Assembly: GCA_965243135.1 (NCBI GenBank)
Contig: OZ251539.1
Location: 4,448,001 to 4,512,000, forward strand
Reading direction: 5' to 3'
DNA length: 64,000 nucleotides
Source of the DNA: Alphaproteobacteria bacterium
GTDB lineage: Bacteria; Pseudomonadota; Alphaproteobacteria; MPNO01; UBA830
Made by a program: the position numbers and the translations under genes. Positions 1-9,033 of the stretch are shown piece by piece. The first letter of the stretch is position 1, and every line of letters begins with the position of its first letter. The notes below the pieces were generated by a model. The model was given only the letters and a program-made list of their open reading frames with translations, had not been told where the DNA came from and searched no databases.

Positions 1-2988
1 GATCCTCACATCGCAAAGGTCCGTGAATATAACGCGAAGTTCGTTGGGCAACGCTTGTTTATCCTCAGGCGAACTTCGATACCACCAATTCAACAATGCC
101 TCGGTTACTTGGCCTGTCGGATGGCTGATGGCGCGGCTAAAGAGATCGTTCGTGTCTTGGTTCGCATCCTCTCCATCATCAAGCGCCAATATCCTGCGGC
201 AAAGATCGAGAAACAGCGCCTCATGGCCATCGAACGTGTTGGAAAGGCTTTCCAGCCAGAAGCCGACGCCGTGTACGAGCTGACGCAGTACATCATCGGG
301 CGCGATGGCCAAGACCGGTGCCATATACCGCCATGATTGCTTGATCAGTTTTTCATCAAACCAAGCCTCCAACGCCTCGTGCCAACGATCAATTGGCCAA
401 TTGTCGTCTCTCGCAAGGGCGTACAATGCGCAGGCGGTAGTGGGAAAGTCCGCAAGACAACGCCGATCCCAATCGTCTTCGTTCGGCCATTGAGGTGTTT
501 CGGGATGTTCGCGGATCCAGTGCACCAAATCGCGGCGGCGATGCGGCATAGCGACATGCCTTCGTAATTCGCTTCCATCTCCTATCCAAAAGGAAAACTC
601 TTCGCGATTTTCTTCCTGGAGCCGCCAATCCGGATGACGCACGGTCAAGTTGTCGAATTTCGCCTTCGCGTCTTCTCCCAAGGCCGTACCCGCCTCGTTC
701 ATCTTGGCAAGCCGCAACCAAACCTCCCTCTCGACGATCCGTATCCACCGTTCATCCTCAAGATCGTTCTCGTACATCGCGCGAGGTGGGCCAACGAGAA
801 CGGCATGTTCCAGATCCGCCAACAAATCATCATCAAGCTTGGGCGACATCGTCGTCAGAAGCCGCATTACTTCGCGCCGGCACTGCGGCGACCAAAGCCA
901 CCAGTGATCGTCTGCCAGAAGCCAGTCGAGCCCCTGCCGCAACGGTATAACGTCATCATGCATGGCCGAGAAGAAAGCCAATCGTCGAAACACCGGGTAT
1001 TTCACCCGTTGCCATGCTTCGGCGATGAATCTCGCCTGCTCCCGCGCGACCGCCGCAGTTGCGAGCCACGCGTCGCGAGCAAGCTCGATCAATGCCGTCC
1101 AATCGCGGAAATTTCTGTTCTGAGAATGCTCTTGGACCGAAGGTCGATGTACATAGGATCGATCTCTCCAGTCATCGGCCTCACCGAGTTCCCGCATCAA
1201 ATCCATCGCATCCCGCAGCAACGCGCCGAAGTCATCCAGCAGATCCGGCAGTGCCTCAGACCAGCACGGGCTACTGCGCAGGTCGCGCAAGTCGGAATGG
1301 GGACGATCCGAGGACAATACGACTTCGCATTCCACATGGATCCGCTCCGGCTCGTCCGGGATTTTACCATCTCCGTCCCAGCGGAATGGTGGACGCAGGG
1401 CAACGCGCGGAGTTAGCAGATCGCGTAGTTCGAAGCGCAAAGCCGTTGTAAGGCCATCGCGCTCGAAACGTTCCCGCCATTGGAAAATGTCGGCGGTTGA
1501 CAACAACGATTTCATCCGCCCGACGAGCAGCAACCGCCAGAGCGTCCGCATGAACGGTCTAGGAATGGCCCGGGGTGCACTGTCGCGTATACGGTCCAAT
1601 TCGTCCGTATTGCCGTCGGTTTCGAGTTGGCCGAGTTCCTCCAAGCGCCATTCAATGCGCCTAATGAGCTCAGGGTGAAGCCGACCCCCACGCTTCGTCA
1701 GCCACAACAGAAGCTTCGGGTCGTCAAGATGTCGCAGCAGCCAGTGCGCCAGATTGGACATGACATCGTCCCACTCTCTGCCGGTGCCCCCCTCGTCCAC
1801 CAGCGACATCCAAGGCGCACGGGTATGGGGACAGGGCCTGAGGATCAGGCCGTATGTCAACTTGTCGTTTCCGTCCGCGTGAGGCGTTACACCGAAACGG
1901 CTCAGGTCGATGTGCCTGTAGCGCTTCTCACTAAGAGGCTCAAGCCAGTCCAGGGACGGGACCGGATCGTGGTCGGCAAAGCGTTTGGCGGGCAAGCCAC
2001 TAGGATCGCTCAAAGCCCACAATACGCGGCCAACGAAATCGTCCTGGCTCGCGCTCGCCAGAGGGATCGAACTTGCGTACCGGGTAACGATCTGTTCCTT
2101 GCCGAACACCCCATCGCGGTAGATTTTCGCCCACTCGCGCAATGTCCTGTGCAGATATTGGTGATGACGGAATTCACGGTACAGGATGGGCGTTACGTTC
2201 CTCGCCTTCCACTTGTTGGTTTGTTCTTTTTCCTTACTCTTCGAACAACTGCCGAAGGCGAACATTTCCAAAGGCGCTTCGCCTAACAGGCGGTCAGCGG
2301 CCAGAGCGTCCGTCATGTAACGCAGCACCGGATCGTCGATGCTGTACCCGACGAAACAGACGGTGTAGTTTTGGAACAGTTCACCGACGAATCGCGCTGC
2401 CCAACGTTCGATCAGGTAGGCAAGCCCGAAATCGCCGCTAGAGACGACCAAGCGATCCAGCTCCTGAGCGGAAGGCTCCGCCGATAGCAAGCCGTGCAGA
2501 TAGACGAGGCCGTCCCACCGGCTTTTTGGCACCGGCAACATCGGCGCCCGAAAACGCTCGACCTCAAGGTTCGTTTCGTCGATCGCTTTCTCGAACAGCC
2601 GGTCGAAGTTTGTGGTGACGAGCCGTGTCCGACCCTCGCGAGTCTGGCTCAACGTCAGCAATGCCTTGTGGGTGGCGTTCACCCCGATCGTATCCAAGTT
2701 CGGGGCTAGGATTCTCGCCAGTTCCGTCCGCACTACTTCGCGCCCGCCAACCACTCCGTTTTCCAGCAAGCTAATGGCCGTATCGAAGCGCTTGGTCTTG
2801 ATCGCAGCCTGCTGCTCAGCGTCAGGAGCGATGTTCAGATTGCCGTAAAGTTGGTCGACCAGTCTGGCAAAGCTTGGAAGGCCAGCCGGATAGGAGATAC
2901 CCGCGCCGCAGAACAACACTACATGGCCGTCCTCATGCGCCTGAAGCAGACGCTCTGGAATATCGGGGCCGTTTCTTACGAATCGCAT
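1..2988 (-). CDS. dsr1: Anti-phage defence-associated sirtuin Dsr1-like protein (SIR2_2 NADase domain), 3' end outside the window
   Basis: Spot translation from ATG 2988 (GAGG upstream): MRFVRNGPDIPERLLQAHEDGHVVLFCGAGISYPAGLPSF...RLVTTNFDRLF...WDGLVYLHG...VCFVGYSIDDP. Frame appears to stay open to base 1, which would explain its absence from the ORF track. Confidence 0.85.
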   Translation of the reverse strand, partial: MRFVRNGPDIPERLLQAHEDGHVVLFCGAGISYPAGLPSFARLVDQLYGNLNIAPDAEQQAAIKTKRFDTAISLLENGVVGGREVVRTELARILAPNLDTIGVNATHKALLTLSQTREGRTRLVTTNFDRLFEKAIDETNLEVERFRAPMLPVPKSRWDGLVYLHGLLSAEPSAQELDRLVVSSGDFGLAYLIERWAARFVGELFQNYTVCFVGYSIDDPVLRYMTDALAADRLLGEAPLEMFAFGSCSKSKEKEQTNKWKARNVTPILYREFRHHQYLHRTLREWAKIYRDGVFGKEQIVTRYASSIPLASASQDDFVGRVLWALSDPSGLPAKRFADHDPVPSLDWLEPLSEKRYRHIDLSRFGVTPHADGNDKLTYGLILRPCPHTRAPWMSLVDEGGTGREWDDVMSNLAHWLLRHLDDPKLLLWLTKRGGRLHPELIRRIEWRLEELGQLETDGNTDELDRIRDSAPRAIPRPFMRTLWRLLLVGRMKSLLSTADIFQWRERFERDGLTTALRFELRDLLTPRVALRPPFRWDGDGKIPDEPERIHVECEVVLSSDRPHSDLRDLRSSPCWSEALPDLLDDFGALLRDAMDLMRELGEADDWRDRSYVHRPSVQEHSQNRNFRDWTALIELARDAWLATAAVAREQARFIAEAWQRVKYPVFRRLAFFSAMHDDVIPLRQGLDWLLADDHWWLWSPQCRREVMRLLTTMSPKLDDDLLADLEHAVLVGPPRAMYENDLEDERWIRIVEREVWLRLAKMNEAGTALGEDAKAKFDNLTVRHPDWRLQEENREEFSFWIGDGSELRRHVAMPHRRRDLVHWIREHPETPQWPNEDDWDRRCLADFPTTACALYALARDDNWPIDRWHEALEAWFDEKLIKQSWRYMAPVLAIAPDDVLRQLVHGVGFWLESLSNTFDGHEALFLDLCRRILALDDGEDANQDTNDLFSRAISHPTGQVTEALLNWWYRSSPEDKQALPNELRVIFTDLCDVRI

Positions 2989-3014
2989 TTGACCTCACCC
3001 ACGAAACATCGTCG

Positions 3015-3815
3015 TCACCTTAATTCTCCACCATTGATCCCAACGGAGTTGCGTGCGTTTGTGGAGCCGAACCAAATATCCATTCCTGAGAATTTTATCT
3101 CCTCGGCACCACTTGGAAGCGCGAGCAAATCGAAAACCCCGCTATGACATTCAATCCACACCGCCGTTTCCGGCGACATCCACCTGATCGCATCCAGAAT
3201 GCGTTCGTGATCCTTGGCTAAATCTCGCGAGAAGATCGGTTCGTGATGAGCAATCCGGTTTCGCAAGGTTCTCAGATCGTTCAGTGGGCCGTGAGCCTGT
3301 TTTCGCGTCAGTTTCTCGCGATACGGAAACGCTTGGCGAAGCGCCGGCCGCCAAAGCGTCCTCTGGTAATTCGCCTTGCGTCCTGCGGGCATTCGCCCGC
3401 TAGGCCCGATGAGCGAAACCCAGAACCCGAACAACAGCTTAGCCACGAACGGACCGTTCCCGTCGCCGGAGTGCGCCAGTTTCGACCTCGCGTCCTCGAT
3501 CCGATCAAGTGCGCCCTTGTCGAGGCCTGCGCTCGGATTGTTGTACCACGCCGGGCCGTATCGTTCGGCGAGTCGTCCGTGCATGGCGTTTCGCAAGGTT
3601 ATTTCCAACGTCTGTAGTGGCCCGTAAAATGCGGCACTGATGTCGGTATTCCAGACATAGAGCCGTATCGCCTTTTCTGGATCGCCCCGAGTCGCGATGA
3701 GATAGGTATTCAGGCGCTCACGCGAGAGCGACACCTCAAGCTCGTGGAGACTATCTTGCGTATAGGAGAAGCCCTTGACATGCGCCCCGCTACCCATCAT
3801 GTTGCCCTCGTACAC
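3015..3815 (-). CDS. Abi_2 / AbiD-AbiF family HEPN RNase (start may be the ATG at ~3800)
   Basis: SLSRERLNTY...LYVWN..S..F...L..LEITLRN and the HEPN motif LRNRIAHHEPI. Confidence 0.8.
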   Translation of the reverse strand: MYEGNMMGSGAHVKGFSYTQDSLHELEVSLSRERLNTYLIATRGDPEKAIRLYVWNTDISAAFYGPLQTLEITLRNAMHGRLAERYGPAWYNNPSAGLDKGALDRIEDARSKLAHSGDGNGPFVAKLLFGFWVSLIGPSGRMPAGRKANYQRTLWRPALRQAFPYREKLTRKQAHGPLNDLRTLRNRIAHHEPIFSRDLAKDHERILDAIRWMSPETAVWIECHSGVFDLLALPSGAEEIKFSGMDIWFGSTNARNSVGINGGELR

Positions 3816-3853
3816 CCCGGACCCGCCTCTGCCTCTCGGTATGCGCCCGGGGT
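3814..3853 (-). ncRNA. Putative abiF-type structured RNA (antitoxin-like hairpin) at the 5' end of the Abi gene
   Basis: ACCCCGG (3814-3820) pairs with CCGGGGT (3847-3853). Minus-strand core GCGCATACCGAGAGGCA resembles RNA motifs recalled upstream of AbiF-family genes. Confidence 0.45.
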
Positions 3854-4262
3854 CTTGCTTTACGAACTCCCCCGGTTTTCACCTTTGCTGGCCGATTGCG
3901 CCTGGGTTGGGAGACCATCCGGCGGGCCGCTCTCCTCATCACCTTGCGAAACTCCGGCTCAAGATTCCGCAGGCGTTTCACCAAACCGCCGAGGATATCT
4001 TGCCGTTGTGACTGACCTGTTGCTGCTGCGTATGTTCGACCAACCGGACGGTTTCGAGTTCCTCGGCTGGACATGACGCAGGCTCGCCCCCACGCCGGAG
4101 ACGACCTTGCAAAGCCTCCGTTCACGCCGGGAATCGCAAAGTCGCTTGCGAGCGGCGTCCATGCGATCCCCGGCCGCCGCTGCGCCCGCCGCGCGGCGCT
4201 GAGGCCAGGCGCACTGACGCCGGACGCCCGGTTTCCACTTGCTTCGTTCAACATCTCCTTCT

Positions 4263-4310
4263 CCAACAAGGTTGTTGGCAACAATATCGTTGGAAAATGA
4301 CGGATGTCAA
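4263..4310 (-). promoter_or_regulatory. sigma70-like promoter overlapped by two tandem CAAC-N6-GTTG palindromes
   Basis: Minus-strand TTGACA (4305-4310), 18 nt, TATTGT (4281-4286). Palindromes at 4264-4277 and 4279-4292. Confidence 0.5.
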
Positions 4311-4825
4311 GCGGCAAATTCCGGTTTCCCGAAAAAATTCCAAGCCGCCGCACGGCGAACACGGCCCGGACACGGACGATGGCCTCGCGAAACGGCGGAA
4401 ACGCTGCGATTTCGCCAAGCGAAAACAGAGGGTGCCGCTCCAAGCCATCAAAAAAAGAGGATTATTCGCGAAAGCGGCCGCGGGCCGCTCCCGACCCGGA
4501 TCCCGCCGGAATATTCTGCTGGCCGCCTTGCCCCGGCGCGAGTTGGACTTCACGCCATCGCCTATCGCTTGCGGCGTGGCCTGCATCGACCGGAGTTGGC
4601 CGCCGCGATCCCCAAGGCTTCCCGACGGCGTCCATTTCGGAACCCGCCCGTCCTCCCCGTATCTCCATGCGCCGCACGCCGACTCGCGCGCGGAAAAGCG
4701 GAAGGCTCCAACGCCCCTCCCCCGGCGAACCGGAGACCGCGCGGATTCGGCGGCAGCGCAGAGTTCGCGGATGCCAGTCGAAGCTTTCCGGACGAAAGGC
4801 CGAAAACGCGGCGGCACCGCCGCGC

Positions 4826-7028
4826 CTTTCGTCAAATAATAGTTGATTCCATGAATCGGTGACGCTACTTTCGGCGTATGCAAGTTGGACTTCACCGTTT
4901 CCATGCGGACAGTATCGAGTGGTTCCGAGCGGCAGTCGCCGAGGGTGGTCGCACCCGGCGTCAGTTGGCCCACGGGCTGTGCGAGCGCGAGAACTGGCGC
5001 AATGAGAAGGGCGAACTTTGCCTCGCCTCGGCGCGACGGATCCTGCCGAAGCTCGCCGGGAAACTCGGGATCGCCTTGCCGCCGCCGCAGGAGCGCCTGC
5101 CGCAGAAGGCGCCGGCCCGGAATTTTCCGAACCTGTCGCTTCGCTGCAGTCTGGCGGAGGTCGGAGAAGTCGCGCTGGAACCGGTTTCTGGGAGCGCCGA
5201 CAAGGAGCGGTGGGCGATGGCAACCCCGCAGCGATGGATGCGTCCGCCGGGCGCGCAAAGGTGTTACTGGATCGTGTCGTCCCGTCATGGCCGACTGGGC
5301 GGCATCGCTTTCTGCGCCGCCAGTTGGCACCAGAAAGCGCGCGATGAGTTCATCGGCTGGTCGGCGGACGCACGGGTCGCCAACCTGCAAGGTCAACAAT
5401 AACCGGTTTCTGCTGTTGCCGGGGGTGCGCGTGCGCGGGCTTGCGTCGCACGTTCTCGACCTCGCGGCGACGCGACTGCCCGGCGATTGGGAAGCCGCCT
5501 ACGGCGTGCGTCCGGCCTACACTTACGTCTCTCCCGACCAGCGCTTGCTATCGCGCGGCAGGATGGGAGCGTTGCGGCAGGCCGACGTCGGGGTTGCCGC
5601 CAGGCGCCATGGAGAGGGGCGTCGCACGGTCGGTCGAAGCCGCTGGCCGCCGACTGGAAAGAGCGGCTGCGCCGGGAACCGGAACGGATGCTCGGCCTCG
5701 CCCCGGAGGCACCTCCGTCCGACGATTGGGCGGAATGGGACGCGGAACGCACCCGGACGGACGCATTCGCGGTGGTACGAATGGGGCGCGCATGGGAGGC
5801 ACGGCCCGGCGAACCGGTACCGGTGCCCGGACAAGGAAGATCAGAAAGCAGCCTACCGGCTGCTGTCGAATCCGAGGGTGAGCATGGAGCACGTTCTCGA
5901 GTCGCACAAGGAATGCATGGTCGAGCGCTGCCGCAAGGAGCGCGTGGTTCTAGCGGTCCAGGACACGACGATGCTGAATTACAACGGCCTGCAAGCCACC
6001 TGGTGCCGCTCGGCGGCGGCGGGTCGGGAACCAAAGGCATTGCCGCCCACTTCGGACTTGCGACCTCAAGACGCCCGCTCGGGGTCTTCGAGATCGACGC
6101 CACCATGCGCGACGACAAGGACGAAAGCGAGAGCGTCCGCTGGCCACTTCGACAAGGCGCAGGAAATCGCGCGCGCCTGCCCCGACACGCAGGTCATCAC
6201 CGTGTGCGACCGGGAAGGGGATGGAACTGCTGTCGAGGGCGGTCGCGGCGGGTGCCGGCCTGGTGGTGCGCGCCTGCCGCTCGAAGCGGCGGCGCGTGCT
6301 GTGCGAAGATGGCAGCAAAAAAGGGCTTTGGAACCACATGGCGGAACAGCCGGTGCTGACCCGGAGGTCGCTGAACCTCGCCGCCTGCGGCGGCAAGCGG
6401 GCGCGCAAGAAACGCGAGGTGACGCTTGACATCCGCGCCGCCCGCGTCCGGCTCGTGCCGCCCGGCGACAGGACCGGCGACGCGCCTCTCTCCATGCTCG
6501 CCGTGTCGGTCGCAGGACCGCAAGGCCTCGACTGGCTGTTGCTCACGACGGAGGGCAAACCCGAGAAAGACGACGCGGTGCGCGTCGTAAAGTGGTACGA
6601 ACGGCGCTGGACGGAATACTTCAAGGCCCTCAAGTCCGGCATGGGCATCGAAGACCGGCGGTTCGACGATGCCGACGACCTCCGAAAGTGCCTTGCTTTC
6701 GACGCCATTACCGCATGCCGGGTCTTCGACTTCCAGCGCATGGCGCGGGACAGGCCGGACGCCCCCGCCGCCGAAGTCGCGGACGAAGATGAAATTGCGG
6801 TGCTTTACCTTGCCGAACGAGGCATGGTCAAGAGCAGGCCGCCGCCCGAAAACCTCGACGTCCGGACCTTCGTGGTCGACGTGGGACGGCTCGCGGGCTT
6901 CATCCCAACGCCAGCCCTTGCCCGGGACCATCTGGCAGGGCTACGGCTACCTCAAGGCCTACGTTCAAATATACAAGGCGCTACGGAACAACGACATGCT
7001 CAAGGACTCGACAATGGGGGGATGAAAG
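4826..7028 (+). mobile_element. IS4-family (IS50/Tn5-like) insertion sequence, decayed
   Basis: Imperfect terminal IRs (CTTTCRTC-N5-ATWGTYGA) at 4826 and 7028. Exact 9-bp direct repeat CCGCCGCGC at 4817-4825 and 7029-7037. Confidence 0.85.
4878..7025 (+). pseudogene. Frameshifted DUF4338 (DruA-like)-IS4 transposase fusion
   Basis: Pieces in all three frames: ASWHQKARDEFIGWS / NNNRFLLLPGVRVRGLASHVL (DUF4338), KAAYRLLSN, VLAVQDTT, VCDREGD, WLLLTT, WYERRW.EYFKALKSG, LAGF. Confidence 0.85.
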
Positions 7029-7047
7029 CCGCCGCGCGGCCCGACCG

Positions 7048-7656
7048 CTATGCCGCCCAGATTTCCTCGACGATCGACTCCGAGGCGAGCGCCACCAGCG
7101 CCACGTCCGTGCGGCCGCCGTCGAATACGGCGACTTCGACGGCGAACCGGCGACGGTCGCCGACCAGCCGGTAGTGATCGAAGCCCTCCCCTCCCGGCAA
7201 ATCCGTCGCGGAACCCGGGTCGCCCTCGTGGCGGTAGCCTTGATGAGCCGCTTCCTGACGGTAGACCGGCGCGGTCCAACCCTCCAGTTCCGGCAGTTCC
7301 CGGCGCCGCTTCAAGGTCAGATTGGGCGGTTCGTCGGGGTCGAACAGTCGAGCGAACTTGTCCAGATCGAACAGGCGTTTCACCGTCGGCCGCTGAATCC
7401 GGAGCGCCACCGCCAGCGTGTCGCGCTCGTCCCGCCAGAGCTCGCGCCCGCCGTCGAACCCCAGCACGCGCCGAATCTTGCCCGCGCCGCCGAGGTCGAG
7501 AGCGTGCACCGAGGCGACCTGCAACTCGGCCTGCGACAACCCGTGGGGAGCGACGAAGCCGAACTTCACGAAATCGCCGGACCGGAGATCCCAGGCATGG
7601 GCTGCCTGGCGCGGCGGCGGTTCCTCCTTCCGGCCGAACAGGCGGCGCAACATCAC
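7048..7656 (-). CDS. YjfK/DUF2491-like protein of the PspA-associated operon
   Basis: 202-aa ORF overlapping the pspA stop by 4 nt; starts M..RLFGRK; position matches yjfIJK-type operons. Confidence 0.6.
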   Translation of the reverse strand: MMLRRLFGRKEEPPPRQAAHAWDLRSGDFVKFGFVAPHGLSQAELQVASVHALDLGGAGKIRRVLGFDGGRELWRDERDTLAVALRIQRPTVKRLFDLDKFARLFDPDEPPNLTLKRRRELPELEGWTAPVYRQEAAHQGYRHEGDPGSATDLPGGEGFDHYRLVGDRRRFAVEVAVFDGGRTDVALVALASESIVEEIWAA

Positions 7657-8345
7657 CCGCCGCGTTTGGCCTTGATCCGCGCCAGGACGTCGCTTGCGCC
7701 GCCGCCGCCCGACACGATTCCGGCTTCCTTCAGCCTGCGCTCGAGATCCCCGCCCTCGGCCTCGTTGGCGAGCTGCGCCGCGGCCTCCATGCGGTCGGCG
7801 CGTTCCTGCTGCCGCTTCTTGATCCTTTCGAGCGACTCGGCGGCGGAGGTCATGGAGGTGGCCGTGCCGGAAAACCGTGCGTTCGCCGCTGCGCTGGCTT
7901 TCTGCACCCGCTCGGTCGCCTTGACCATGCTCACCTGACGCTTCATCGCGGCGATGTTGCGCTCGGTCGCCTTGATGCTGCGCTTGAGCTGGTTGACCCC
8001 GGAGTCGTACTGCGCATAGGCCTGCTCCTGAAGCTTCAGCTCGTCCTCGAACTGCGCGATGCGCTCCGCGACCTCAGTCGCGAGGGCCTCGTCGCCCTTG
8101 TCCAGAGCCTTCGCCGCATAGTCCTCGTGCTCGGCGATCGCCGACCTGAGCCGCGCCGTTTCGCGCTCCACGCTCTTGCGCTGCGCCATGACCTCGGTCA
8201 GCTGCGACTTGGCCGCGTTCAGTTCCTTTTCGGCGTCGCGCATCTCCTGATCCAGTATCCTGAGCGCCTGATGATCGACGATCGCCTGACCGGTTTCGGT
8301 GGCGCCGCCCTTCAGGGCCGTGAACATCTTCGCGAGAATTGCCAT
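7653..8345 (-). CDS. pspA: PspA/IM30 family protein (YjfJ-like)
   Basis: MAILAKMFTALKGGATETGQAIVD..ALRILDQEMRDA, long coiled coil, C-terminal ASDVLARIK. Confidence 0.9.
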   Translation of the reverse strand: MAILAKMFTALKGGATETGQAIVDHQALRILDQEMRDAEKELNAAKSQLTEVMAQRKSVERETARLRSAIAEHEDYAAKALDKGDEALATEVAERIAQFEDELKLQEQAYAQYDSGVNQLKRSIKATERNIAAMKRQVSMVKATERVQKASAAANARFSGTATSMTSAAESLERIKKRQQERADRMEAAAQLANEAEGGDLERRLKEAGIVSGGGGASDVLARIKAKRGG

Positions 8346-8361
8346 GTCTCTGTCTCCTTCG

Positions 8362-8970
8362 TCAGTTGAGGTAAGGCGCGGCGGCTTCGAGCGCCTCGAG
8401 CGAGTTGTCGCTGAGCGTTTCGAGCTCCGTGACGACGTCGTCGATCGTCGATTCCGCGGAGAGAGCCCCGAACACCACGTACCGGTCGCCGATCTTGCCG
8501 AAGGACGACAGCGGCAGCGGAACGTTCATCTCCAGCAGCGTCTCCAGCAGCTCGGTCCGCCGCGCCGGCTTGACCTGCTGTTCGCTCCACAGATAGGTGA
8601 TGCAGAGGATCTGCTCCTCGTCGGCGGATACGAGGACAGGAAACTCCTCGCGATCTTCGACGACGACCTCGAAACCGTTTTCGTCGTCCGAATCCCGGGT
8701 GGAGAACGCGAATCCGTTCGGAGACGTAAAGTTGTCGAGGGTCTTGCGCAACAAACTGATATCCATGGCTTCCTTCCCGATTGAAAGTTCATTGGGCGAC
8801 GGCGCGACGCCGCGGCGCAGCAACTGCTCGATCCGACGCAGATACCGGCGATGCGCCGCCGGAATCCAGACCTCGACCGGCGTCAGGCCCGCTCGCTGGA
8901 GCCGTTCGCGCTGGCGCCGCTTGCGTTCGGCGACGCTCAGGGGGCGCTTCTCCCGCAGCGCGTCGTTCAT
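8362..8970 (-). CDS. YjfI/DUF2170 family protein with an N-terminal RHH/antitoxin-like extension
   Basis: C-terminal LEMNVPLPLSSFGKIGDRYVVFGALS (DUF2170); N-terminal AERKRRQRERLQRAGLTPVEVWIP. Confidence 0.8.
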   Translation of the reverse strand: MNDALREKRPLSVAERKRRQRERLQRAGLTPVEVWIPAAHRRYLRRIEQLLRRGVAPSPNELSIGKEAMDISLLRKTLDNFTSPNGFAFSTRDSDDENGFEVVVEDREEFPVLVSADEEQILCITYLWSEQQVKPARRTELLETLLEMNVPLPLSSFGKIGDRYVVFGALSAESTIDDVVTELETLSDNSLEALEAAAPYLN

Positions 8971-8991
8971 TGATCGAGGCCCCGCCGCTTC

Positions 8992-9033
8992 CGTGACATG
9001 TCACGATATGGGGGCCGCGCCGCGGATTGTCAA
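8992..9033 (-). promoter_or_regulatory. Internal promoter with a perfect 14-bp palindromic operator upstream of yjfI-pspA
   Basis: Minus-strand TTGACA (9028-9033), 17 nt, CATATC (9005-9010). Palindrome CGTGACATGTCACG at 8992-9005. Confidence 0.6.

Noticed and set aside
23-2848. Numerous + strand ORFs over 1-2.9 kb
   Set aside because: Antisense shadows of the Dsr1-like gene, with no motifs.
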